A stretch of DNA of 64,000 nt. Origin: Azolla caroliniana. Its lineage: Eukaryota > Plantae > Polypodiophyta. The DNA lies in contig JBHGNT010000008.1 in the NCBI GenBank assembly GCA_043228905.1, forward strand, positions 7,626,001 through 7,690,000, in the 5' to 3' direction. Shown here piece after piece: positions 52,450-62,779 of this stretch; the stretch's first letter is position 1, and each line of letters starts with the position of its first letter. The notes beneath the pieces are model-generated. The model made no database searches. It was not told the DNA's origin and was given only the letters and a program-made list of their open reading frames with translations. Position numbers and translations under genes: made by a program.

Positions 52450-55400
52450 GCTGAGGTTGTTGCAGTAGATTGTCGTTGGATTGGATACCTCCACTTGCAG
52501 ATCCTTAAGCAGCCGCTTCAACCAAATGGCTTCGCATGTCGCGACAACCGCTCCTCTATACTCGGCTTCGGTGCTCGACAACGCAACTGTTGGCTACTTC
52601 TTGCTACTCCACGCGATCGCGGCACTCCCAAGAGAGAACGTGAAACCGGACGTGGATCGGCGATTGCCGGCGTTTCTGGCCCAATCAGCATCAGTGTAAC
52701 CGACCAACTGCTCGGCAATATGAGCCCGATATAGTAGCCCCTAGTCCTTAGTGCCACTAATATACAAGAGTACGTGTTGTGTGCACTGAAGGTGCTCCTT
52801 GGCTGGTCGCGCCATGAACTGACTAATCACCCCGAACGGGTAGCTGAGATCTGGTCGATTGATGGTCAAGTAGATAAGGCTTCCTACGATTTGTCGGAAC
52901 CTCATCAGGTCGCATACCTTTCCGGAATCGGGGTGAAGCTTGACGGTTCTATCTAGAGGAGTCGAGACGGACTTACAGTTGGCCATCCCGAATTTGAAGA
53001 GCATATTTAGCGCATAATGACGTTGGCTAATCAATATGCCTTCAGAAGTATGAATCACTTCCATCCCGAGGAAGTAATGAAGGTCCCCCAGATCCTTCAT
53101 GTCGAATGATGCCACGAGCTGGAGCTTCACACGGTTAATTTCATCGAGGTCGGCGCCGGTGATGACCAAGTCATCAACATAAAGTAAAATGCTAACCGGC
53201 CGGAGTCGACCTTTCCGGATGAACAGTGAGGAGTCCAATTTCGACGTCCCAAAGCCCAACTGACACAATCGTTGCGTGATCTTCGCGTCCCAGGCACACG
53301 GGTCTTGCTTTAGTCTGTAAAGGGACTTCTTCAATCGGCACACCACCGAAGTGTTCGTTCCGGAGTGAAATCCGGGGGGTTGTACCATGTACACCTGTTC
53401 CTCAAGCTCACCTTGCAGGAACGCATTCTTTGCATCCATCTGATGTAAGTGCCACCCCTTTGCCGCAACTATCACGAGCAAGACACAGACTGTTGTCATC
53501 TTTGTGACTGGCACAAACGTCTCATCGTAGTCGATGCCGTGTTGCTGCGCGTAACCTTTCGCTACTAACCGGGCCTTGTAGCGGTTGACCAAGCCGTCAG
53601 TGTTGTACTTCGGCTTCACACCCTTCGGTGCGTCAACTAAGTCCCAGGTTTCATTCTCCGCTAATGCACACATCTCTTCCTCCATTGCGTCACGCCAATT
53701 CGCGTCCTTCGACGCTTCTGCGTAGCTCTCTAGCTCACGCACTTCCGCTACACGCGCCATGTACACATAGTGATGTGCCATGTACTTGTTGTAACCGAAC
53801 CACACAACAGGGTTCTTCATGCGGGTAGATCGGCGTAATTGCTCATTAGCCGAAGTTGAGGCCTTCTTAGCCGACGCGGTCTTTGCTCCCGAAGACCCGT
53901 CATCACTTTCCTCGGAGTCGGACTCATGTCGATCCAACTCGCCCTTATCCGTGCCGTACTCCAGCATTTTCTTGTTCCCTTTTTCCTTGTGCATAAGCTG
54001 TCTCCTCAGCTTCCTGCACGGGGAATGCACGACCGAGTCTCCACTACTCGCCGGCTCTTCATTGGACTGGTCGAAGCGACTCAGTCGTCCATTCGGTCCG
54101 CTTAACCGAAACAAAATCGGACTCTCTTCGCGGGTCTTGATTTCAGGCTCATCCGGAGGCATCTCGGCCTCGTTGACCTCATCGTCAGAACTCGGATGTG
54201 AGGTGAGGTCCAGAGTCAGAGGCAAGTACCAGGACACGGACTAGTCAAACACAACGTCACGGCTCACGCGCGCTTGTTTGGTGCGAGGGTTATAACACTT
54301 ATAACCCTTCTACTAGTCCGAATAGCCAACCAACATACACTTCTCGGCTTTCGCGTCTAGCTTCCTCCGTTTTTCCTTCGGCACATGCACATACGCAATG
54401 CTACCAAAAACTCTCAAGTGTCGTAGATTCGGCTTCCTTTCGAAATACTGCTCATGCGCCAACACTTTGTCTCCGATCCGATTCTGGATGTACACCGCGG
54501 TTCGTACCACCTCGGCCCAATAAAACTTGGGCAAGCTTTTCTCCTCCAGCATTGCCCGTGCCGCTTCTACAATTGACCGGTTCTTCCTCCTGGCCACGCC
54601 GTTTTGCTCCGGCGTGTATCTACAACTGAATTCGCGCCGAATTCCCATCTATTGTAGATAGCCGTTGAATTGACCGGAAAAGTATTCTTTTTCCGCCATC
54701 CAACCGCAGGCACTTGATCTTTCGTCTTGCTTCCGTTTCCACGAACCCTTTGAGGTCCCAGAAACAGTCGAAGACTTCACTCTTCTTCTTGATGAGATAG
54801 ATCCACATGTGCCACATATAGTCATCGATGAAGGAGACAAAATATCTACTCCCGCCAAGACTAACGTTCTGTGCGGGCCGGATGTTCTGGCTCCAGTTAC
54901 GCTCGTTAGGGAAAGGAAGTCAGTGTTGCTTCCCTAGCTGGCAGGCTTCACAAATTTGTGCCTTCCGGCCACAAAATTTGGGCAATCCGAACACCACCTA
55001 TTTCGATTGCAGGTCCTGAAGCCGTTGATAGTTGACGTGGCCTATCCGCTTGTCCCATAAGTCGATATCCAACTCGACTTTTTGTCCTTTTGCGAACATT
55101 ACGGTGCCACCGTCACTAGAGTCGAGGATAAACATCATCCCGTCTCTACGCCCTTGCGCAATAACTTGGCCTTCTTCCTCAATGAAGCACCCAAGATGCG
55201 CGAACCGAACTTGCATCCCCTGGTCGACGATCTATCCGACCGACACCAAGTTCTTTGTGATTTTCAGGACGTGTAACATGTTCATGAGTTTCCCTTTTTG
55301 CCCGACATGGCTCAAGGGAACTTCACCGACATTCGCGATCGGATGCGGAGTGTTGTCTCCTGTTGCGACTACTCCCGGTTGCATCGGTTTTTCCAGGTAC

Positions 55401-57033
55401 GAGAACCATTCCTTGTGGCACGTCATGTGGTTTGACGCGCCGGAGTCGACGTACCACACCTTATCCGACTCTGGGGTGATCTTCTTCATCGAGTTTGCTT
55501 CGTGTCTCGTCACGAAGATTGACCCTTTTTCGGCTCCTTCCTCGTAGTGCGATCGTTGCCGATTACCCTTCTTGGTCTGTTCGGAACCTGATCCAGACCC
55601 AATTCTCTCCGAATCGGCGCGTTTTTTCCAGCACTGGCTCTCCCTGTGGCCTTTCTTGCCACAGTACCATCATTCCGTGGCAGATTTCCCTTGCCGGTTC
55701 TCATCGCCTCGACTCCCCCTGTTTTCGAAGGGTTCGGAGTCGCTGTCGGCATCACTTCGGTGCCTTCTTCCTTGGTCCCGTCGGCCGCCTCCATTGCGCA
55801 CCGACTCGCCTCATCTGCCACGACCACGGGGCCTATCTCCGTCCGTGTATATCATCTTGTTGTCGGCATGCGTGCTCGTCGAGGCACCTGCGTGCTTTTC
55901 CTCTATAAGGAGCATCGATTGTAGGTTGAAAAACAACGACGTATTCTCCCGTGTACACACAACAATTCGGAATGCTCCGAACTTCGACGCCATTCCCCCG
56001 AGACAGATCTGCACCATCTGGCCTTCCTCGACGTTCACATTGATGGAGGCTAAGGAGTCACATATATCTTTGATCTTCGAGGTGTAATCGGTCACCGACA
56101 AGTCGCAATTTCGTAGGTTGCTCAGCTCCTGTCGGAGTTGAAGTTTCCTGGCTGTAGTGCTTAGAGCGAAAATCCTCGGCGTTTTCGCATCCCAAATGTA
56201 GCTTAGGAGTTGTTCGCCCACACAAGACGCGAAGCAGTACAGTACTCTGCTCGCCGACTGTTCCCATGCTAGGAAATCTCTGTGTGTCGATTCGGGTCCT
56301 ATGTCATTTGCTCCATCGACGTAGCTCCAGTAACCGTGCCCGAGCAGGTACTGGTGCATCTTGTAGGACCAAGATGCATAGTTGTTTCTGTTGAGCTTCT
56401 CCGTCGAAAGCAAGCTAGCCATGCCTCTATCCATCGGTTTTACCTGTTCTTCTTTGTTGGTTTTTCTTTTCAAGCTATGTCGGTTGTAGAGGTTCTCAAC
56501 CCTCACGCTCTGATACCATGTAAAAAGAATAGCGTGTGGAAGCAACTAGAAAACCGAACACCGAGAATATGCAGGTTTAATGGAGAGCTTGAAAATACAC
56601 AGTACGCGGGAAAGACAGAGAGCTAAATTCAAAAATAATACTCAATCTGTATATAGTATGTGCTCAACAAGCACTTTTATACAAGTCCATACGGACGGAC
56701 AGAAGTACTTCAATGCTCATAAGTGAGCTCTACACTAACTTCCAAAATGTATTCCTACGGGGAATATCTTCCCAACGGCCTCGCGGTTTACGCACCGCTA
56801 CAGCTTCTCGTTGCGTACCAGTCTGCACACCGGTTTACGCACCGGTTTGGCCTAACCGATCGATCCCAACTGATCTGGTTCTCGGCTTGCACAGCCGATC
56901 CGGCCAATGTTGAGCTTGTATCTCAACACTTTGTTTTGTGGGCTCCACCGACGGTGCTAACAGAGTGAGCCATTGCTCCACTGCTGTGTACATCTTTTTG
57001 CCATCTTTTATTGAGACGATGGCTGTCATAACT

Positions 57034-57087
57034 AGACTCGAACCCATAACCTTTTGTTACACGGGTCGAGACTTTACCATTAGGTTA
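57034..57087 (-). promoter_or_regulatory. tRNA-like A/B-box module at the U3 start of L (antisense)
   Basis: Minus strand TAACCTAATGG...32 nt...GGTTCGAGTCT. Confidence 0.55.
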
Positions 57088-57160
57088 TGAATTGTAATTT
57101 GAAGGATATTATTTTCATTTAGGTTTTATTGGGAAATTGATGTATATTCCAGATTTCTCT

Positions 57161-57180
57161 GGAACATTCTAGAAACTTCA
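57161..57180 (+). promoter_or_regulatory. Perfect four-unit heat-shock element
   Basis: gGAAc aTTCt aGAAa cTTCa, ~20 bp upstream of TATAAAA at 57200-57206. Confidence 0.75.
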
Positions 57181-57480
57181 GGAGTATTCCTGAAGACACT
57201 ATAAAAGGAGGCGCAAGGCATTAGTTCGAACCAAATCGGTTCAACGCCAGTCTTAAGCCTTCTAACTACTGTTGTATATCTTCCTTCATATAATACATAT
57301 ATCTTTCGCATCATCATTCTCTCTCTCTCTCTCTCTCTCTCACTCACTCATTCCTTCTCTCAAAGTTCGACACCTCTCATAGTACTAATCCTTCTTTGTC
57401 TTAGTACTATTCCCCAACAATAGTACTAATCCTTCTTTTAGTACTAATTCCTTCTCTGCCTTAATAGAGTTCCTGACAGT

Positions 57481-57492
57481 TTGAACCGATTT
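57481..57492 (+). promoter_or_regulatory. Non-tRNA primer binding site complementary to the predicted transcript 5' end
   Basis: TTGAACCGATTT is the reverse complement of AAATCGGTTCAA at 57233-57244; no TGG start. Confidence 0.8.
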
Positions 57493-57579
57493 CTAGGTGC
57501 CTGTCTGGTCTTTTCTCTCCCTCTTCCTTCTGTCTCCCTCCTTTCCTACTAGTCTCTTATTTCCCTTTTCCTTCATCCC

Positions 57580-58743
57580 ATGGCCACCGTTAGCGCTGAA
57601 GAGTATCAATCCGTTTTCTCGGAATTTCAATGCTTGAAAGAGAAGTTTCATGCTTTGGAACAAGAAAATCAACGCTTGTTGGGGGATCTTCAGCAAATTT
57701 CCTTAGAAAAGCAGCAAACGCAACAACAGCATGGGGAACTTGCGTTACGCGTACAACAACTCGAAGCAACCATCGTAGCAATGCAACAACAAGGGCACGG
57801 AGCACAAGGGATTCATAAAGAACCCAAGATTGGCCTTCCCACGAAGTTCGATGGAACGCGATCGCAGTTTAGAGGGTTTCTTAACCAGGTACGGTTAGTT
57901 ATTCAAATGCATCCGTCCCGATATCCCACCGATGCATCACGAGTGGGTTTAGTAGGCACGTTGTTAAATGGCTCAGCATTAGCATGGTTCGCTCCGCTAC
58001 TAGAAAAGGAATCTCCAGTACTAAATAATTTTGAAGAATTCATAAGTGAGTTTAAAGCATGTTTTGGAGATACTGACAGCATAAGGACTGCAATCAACAA
58101 AATCCGGCGATTACGCCAAGGTGACCGTCCAGCCTCCGCATATGCTGCAGATTTCCGTCTACTCGCCGCCGATATCCCCTGGGATGATCAAGCATTGATG
58201 GAGCAGTTCCGCTATGGTCTACGCAACGATGTCAAGGATTTACTCTTGACTTTCCCTGAAGAGCCAAAATCATTAACAGAAGCAATCAGTCGAGCGGTCA
58301 GATGTGACAACCGCCTCTTCGAGCGACGTTCGGAACGACAATTTCAGATGCCGAGGGCAAGATCCGAGCCTACCTATGCCTCAATGGTAGCGAAACCTTT
58401 TCAAAGGGAGTCACATAATGCGCCTCCAGTAAGTACTCCAACTCCAATGGAAATTGACACTACACGTCGTCGTGGGCCGCTATCGGAGGAGGAAAAGCGA
58501 CGACGCCGAACAAACCGATTATGCCTTTATTGCGGTGGACCAGGGCATATCGCGATAAACTGTCCCCATAGACCAAGAAGGCAGGTAAACCAAGTCGTTG
58601 TTAGTTCTGACTATACTAAACCCGAGTCTATTTCAGTAGGAATCTCTGATAGTCCTCATAGTCATAATAGTCCTAATAGTAGTCCGAATCTCGCAAACAA
58701 ATTTGATGTCCTTAGCCAATTAGAAGAAGAGTTAAACGACTAA
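57580..58743 (+). CDS. gag: Gag (coiled coil, Ty3/PEG10-like capsid, CCHC zinc knuckle), 387 aa
   Basis: PTKFDGTRSQFRGFLNQ, LRQGDRPASAYAADF, PMEID, CLYCGGPGHIAINC. Confidence 0.95.
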   Translation: MATVSAEEYQSVFSEFQCLKEKFHALEQENQRLLGDLQQISLEKQQTQQQHGELALRVQQLEATIVAMQQQGHGAQGIHKEPKIGLPTKFDGTRSQFRGFLNQVRLVIQMHPSRYPTDASRVGLVGTLLNGSALAWFAPLLEKESPVLNNFEEFISEFKACFGDTDSIRTAINKIRRLRQGDRPASAYAADFRLLAADIPWDDQALMEQFRYGLRNDVKDLLLTFPEEPKSLTEAISRAVRCDNRLFERRSERQFQMPRARSEPTYASMVAKPFQRESHNAPPVSTPTPMEIDTTRRRGPLSEEEKRRRRTNRLCLYCGGPGHIAINCPHRPRRQVNQVVVSSDYTKPESISVGISDSPHSHNSPNSSPNLANKFDVLSQLEEELND

Positions 58744-61700
58744 GTCCAGCCAAAATAGGAGCCGTTTGGTTGGACAGCCCTAGATCTGTGCAGCCCATTA
58801 GTGGTTCCATTCCCTCTAAGCAAGTTAGTGATGTGTTCGTAGCCCAAGTAGCAGTTAGTACTAAAAGTACCCCTCCAGTACATACCTTAGCCCTTCTAGA
58901 TTCCGGAGCTAATTCTTGCTTCATGGATAGGAATTTTGCCCGAGCTCATCAGATATCTCTCAGAAAGCTCCCATGTCCAGCCTCAGTAATAGTCATTGAT
59001 GGTCGTCCCATTGCTTCTGGTAATATCATAGAAGAGTCGGAACCCGTTAATATTGTCCTAGATAACTTAACATGTGTAGTATCATTTAATATTATTAGTA
59101 TTCCAGAACATCCCATAGTTTTAGGATTACCATGGTTCGAGTTACATAACCCAGACATAGATTGGAGGACAAGGGAAATCCGGTTGCGACAAACCCGAGG
59201 ATCTACCCAGAAGGTTGCAACCATTTCGCTACGTCAGTTGCGTGAGGAAGGGCGCAAGGAGGAAATGTTTCTCTTCGCAATATCAGTACAACCCTCCAGC
59301 ACCACCAAAGAGGAGTCCACCGTTCAACTTCCCGAGAAGTATCGTCAGTATGCTGATGTGTTCGATAAAGTACAAGCCAACACACTTCCTCATCATCGGC
59401 CGTACGATTGCGCCATCGACTTACAACCGGGAAAAGAGCCGCCATGGGGGCCGATCTACAATTTGTCACCAACCGAGCTAGAAGTCCTTCGAGCCTATAT
59501 AGAGGAGAATTTGGAGAACGGTTTCATTCGGCATTCGAAATCTCCAGCCGGCGCACCCATTTTCTTCGTCAAGAAAAAAGATGGCTCGCTTCGACTCGTT
59601 GTAGATTACCGTGGCTTGAATAAGGTCACAGTAAGAAATAGGTATGCTCTTCCCCTTATCTCAAGTCTTTTAGAACGGATCAACGGTGCCAGGTTCTTCA
59701 CGAAGATCGACTTACGAGGAGCCTATAACCTCGTACGGATCCGACCAGGAGATGAATGGAAGACCGCGTTTCGCACCAGATATGGGCACTTCGAGTATAC
59801 GGTCATGCCGTTCGGACTCACTAATGCGCCGGCAGTCTTCCAGCACATGGCGAATGATATATTTCGAGATCTCTTGGATGATTTTTTGATCATCTATTTG
59901 GATGATCTATTGGTTTATTCAAAGACCCAAGAAGAACATGATTCTCATGTACTATTAGTACTAAAACGACTTCGAGAACATGGTCTGTATGCAAAGTTAG
60001 AGAAATGTAGTTTCGGGTGCAACCAAGTGGAATTTCTCGGCTATGTCATCTCCTCAGAAGGCATATCCATGGACCTAGCCAAGGTCAAAACGGTGATAGA
60101 ATGGCACACTCCGCGTTCGGTGCGGGATGTGCAATGCTTCCTAGGCTTTGCAAATTTTTACCGGAAGTTCATACAAAATTACTCAAAAATTGTGCTGCCT
60201 CTCACACAGCTCACCAGGAAGGGACAATCATTCATTTGGTCTAAAGAGACGGACATGGCTTTCGAGAGTCTTAAGAAGGCGTTTACATCAGCTCCAATTT
60301 TAGGTCATGTGGATCCGGAAAAACCATTCATTATCGAAGCTGACGCATCGGATTTCGCATTGGGGAGCATTTTGTCACAACAGGGTAACGACGAGAAGCT
60401 ACATCCTGTGGCTTTCCACTCCCGTAAGTTTGATGCCGCCGAAATCAACTACGAAATTCATGATAAAGAGCTATTAGCAATAGTTGATTCTTTTATGCAA
60501 TGGAGGCATTTCCTGGAGGGATCTCCTCATCAGGTCACTGTATTCAGTGACCACAAGAACCTTGCCTACTTTCAAGATGCTCGTGTACTGAATCGACGTC
60601 AAGCTCGGTGGGCCCATTTCCCCACACGCTTCGACTTCAAAATTACATATCGTCCGGGGAAGCACCAAGGGAAGGCAGATGCATTATCACGACGTTCGTA
60701 TCTAACACCACGTCCCGGTGAGCCAGCCTTCGATAACCAGAAGCAAGTAATCTTGGGTCCAGCACGACTGCAAGCAGCACAGGTCTTTGACATGCCCGTG
60801 GATTCCGACATTACCAATACTATACGTGAGGACTTGAAGACTGACGCTTTCGCCCAAGCTATACTAGCACAAATTGACCCCTCTCGAGCGTCATGTTCAC
60901 AATCACAATCACCAGGTACGGATTATCGGCAATTCAAATACTGTGATGGATTACTCTTCTTTAAAGAACTTTTGTATGTTCCTAATGGTTCTTGCCGCCT
61001 TCGAGTAGTACAAAACTGCCATGACACATATACAGCAGGACATTTTGGTAGTACTAAAACATTAGATTTAGTACAACGATCATTCTGGTGGCCCCGTATG
61101 CGACAATTTGTCGAAGATTTTGTTCGGACTTGCGATACATGCTGCAGAGCGAAAATGCCAAGACATCATCCATATGGTTTATTAGAACCATTACCAATTC
61201 CAAGCAAGCCATGGCAATCCATTGCTCTTGACTTCATTACAGATCTTCCAGTCTCTAAGGGATTCAGTGCGATTCTCACAGTGGTGGATCGATATACGAA
61301 GATGGCTCATTTCTTACCATGTACTAAAGAAATATCTAGTGAAGACACCGCCGAAATTGTCATGCGGGAAGTATGTCGGCATCATGGACTCCCTGATAAT
61401 ATCATCAGCGATCGTGGACCCCAGTTTGTGTCAAAATTCTGGAAGCACCTTTTTAAAATGCTGAAGGTCACTTGTAACCTCTCCTCCGGCTACCACCCAC
61501 AAACCGACGGTCAAGCCGAACGAACAAATCAAACACTGGAGCAGTATCTGCGGTGCTTTCTCAACTATCATCAGAATGACTGGGCAGATATTCTTCAGTT
61601 CGCCGAATTTGCCTATAATAACGCTATCCACGCATCGACTAAAGTCACGCCATTCTACGCTTATACGGGATATCATCCCCGGTGGTGTGTCCTTGAAACC

Positions 61701-62327
61701 CCAGAAGTGTCCACAAATCCTTGCGCGGAGGATCGTTTGGAGCGGTTACGCAAGATACAAGCGGATTTATCTACTCAACTCCAACAAGCTCAACAATCAC
61801 ACAAGGACTACGCAGATCGTCATCGACTTCCATCCAGTTTTAACATTGGAGATCGGGTGTGGCTGCTACGACGACACATCAAGACTACTCGCCCATGTGA
61901 GAAGTTGGATTATCGGCGATTAGGTCCTTTCCGTATTATCGGGAAGATTAATGATGTCGCTTTTCGTCTCGAGCTACCTCCGCAACTTCGGATACATCCG
62001 GTGTTTCATAGTTCTCTCCTCGAACCCTATCACGAGAGCACTATCCCAGGACGTACTATACAACCACCACCTCCTATCGAGCTCGAAGATGGACCTGAGT
62101 ATGAGGTCGCTGCCATCCTCGATTCCAAGATTGTTCGCAACAAGCTCTACTATCTAGTCGATTGGCTAGGATATAGTCCCAGCGAGCGTACTTGGGAACC
62201 GATCGAGAATGTGACCAATGCTCGTGCTCTTCTAGAAGACTTCCATCGACGATACCCCGAGAAACCGGGTTCTCAATCCAAAACGACTCGTGGAACTCGT
62301 CGTTTTAAAGGGGGGATAGTGTCATAA
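58731..62327 (+). CDS. pol: Pol (protease, RT, RNase H, integrase, chromodomain) in the -1 frame relative to gag
   Basis: LLDSGA, GDEWKTAFRTRYG, YLDD, EADASD, HHCC zinc finger, LDF/SDRG/QAE catalytic triad, GPF, EYEVAAILDSK...TWEP; no internal stop. Confidence 0.95.
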   Translation, partial: VKRLSPAKIGAVWLDSPRSVQPISGSIPSKQVSDVFVAQVAVSTKSTPPVHTLALLDSGANSCFMDRNFARAHQISLRKLPCPASVIVIDGRPIASGNIIEESEPVNIVLDNLTCVVSFNIISIPEHPIVLGLPWFELHNPDIDWRTREIRLRQTRGSTQKVATISLRQLREEGRKEEMFLFAISVQPSSTTKEESTVQLPEKYRQYADVFDKVQANTLPHHRPYDCAIDLQPGKEPPWGPIYNLSPTELEVLRAYIEENLENGFIRHSKSPAGAPIFFVKKKDGSLRLVVDYRGLNKVTVRNRYALPLISSLLERINGARFFTKIDLRGAYNLVRIRPGDEWKTAFRTRYGHFEYTVMPFGLTNAPAVFQHMANDIFRDLLDDFLIIYLDDLLVYSKTQEEHDSHVLLVLKRLREHGLYAKLEKCSFGCNQVEFLGYVISSEGISMDLAKVKTVIEWHTPRSVRDVQCFLGFANFYRKFIQNYSKIVLPLTQLTRKGQSFIWSKETDMAFESLKKAFTSAPILGHVDPEKPFIIEADASDFALGSILSQQGNDEKLHPVAFHSRKFDAAEINYEIHDKELLAIVDSFMQWRHFLEGSPHQVTVFSDHKNLAYFQDARVLNRRQARWAHFPTRFDFKITYRPGKHQGKADALSRRSYLTPRPGEPAFDNQKQVILGPARLQAAQVFDMPVDSDITNTIREDLKTDAFAQAILAQIDPSRASCSQSQSPGTDYRQFKYCDGLLFFKELLYVPNGSCRLRVVQNCHDTYTAGHFGSTKTLDLVQRSFWWPRMRQFVEDFVRTCDTCCRAKMPRHHPYGLLEPLPIPSKPWQSIALDFITDLPVSKGFSAILTVVDRYTKMAHFLPCTKEISSEDTAEIVMREVCRHHGLPDNIISDRGPQFVSKFWKHLFKMLKVTCNLSSGYHPQTDGQAERTNQTLEQYLRCFLNYHQNDWADILQFAEFAYNNAIHASTKVTPFYAYTGYHPRWCVLETPEVSTNPCAEDRLERLRKIQADLSTQLQQAQQSHKDYADRHRLPSSFNIGDRVWLLRRHIKTTRPCEKLDYRRLGPFRIIGKINDVAFRLELPPQLRIHPVFHSSLLEPYHESTIPGRTIQPPPPIELEDGPEYEVAAILDSKIVRNKLYYLVDWLGYSPSERTWEPIENVTNARALLEDFHRRYPEKPGSQSKTTRGTRRFKGGIVS

Positions 62328-62779
62328 CTAGACTCGAACCCATAACCTTTTGTTACACGGGTCGAGACTTTACCATTAGGTTATGAATTGTAATTTGAAG
62401 GATATTATTTTCATTTAGGTTTTATTGGGAAATTGATGTATATTCCAGATTTCTCTGGAACATTCTAGAAACTTCAGGAGTATTCCTGAAGACACTATAA
62501 AAGGAGGCGCAAGGCATTAGTTCGAACCAAATCGGTTCAACGCCAGTCTTAAGCCTTCTAACTACTGTTGTATATCTTCCTTCATATAATACATATATCT
62601 TTCGCATCATCATTCTCTCTCTCTCTCTCTCTCTCTCACTCACTCATTCCTTCTCTCAAAGTTCGACACCTCTCATAGTACTAATCCTTCTCTGTCTTAG
62701 TACTATTCCCCAACAATAGTACTAATCCTTCTTTTAGTACTAATTCCTTCTCTGCCTTAATAGAGTTCCTGACAATGGC

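Larger units (their letters stand above)
48760..56434 (-). pseudogene. copia gag-pol of K (split at 48993-52454)
   Basis: KLNRNNYASW, WYVDSGASNHM, RYKARLVAKGY, LLYVDD, HYHFVRE. Confidence 0.88.
47871..56928 (-). mobile_element. Ty1/copia element K (relative of D), decayed, containing M
   Basis: LTRs 56519-56928 and 47871-48278, Met-PBS 56507-56518, PPT 48279-48289, perfect TSD CTTTG. Confidence 0.93.
57024..62774 (+). mobile_element. Intact, young Tcn1-like chromovirus L
   Basis: 455-bp LTRs 57024-57478 and 62320-62774 with one difference that I can see, PPT 62307-62319, perfect TSD ATGGC, both ORFs open. Confidence 0.97.

Noticed and set aside
62681-62779. C-terminus of the 236-aa ORF in the ORF track
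   Set aside because: It runs into the L LTR; the true frame continues at 57018
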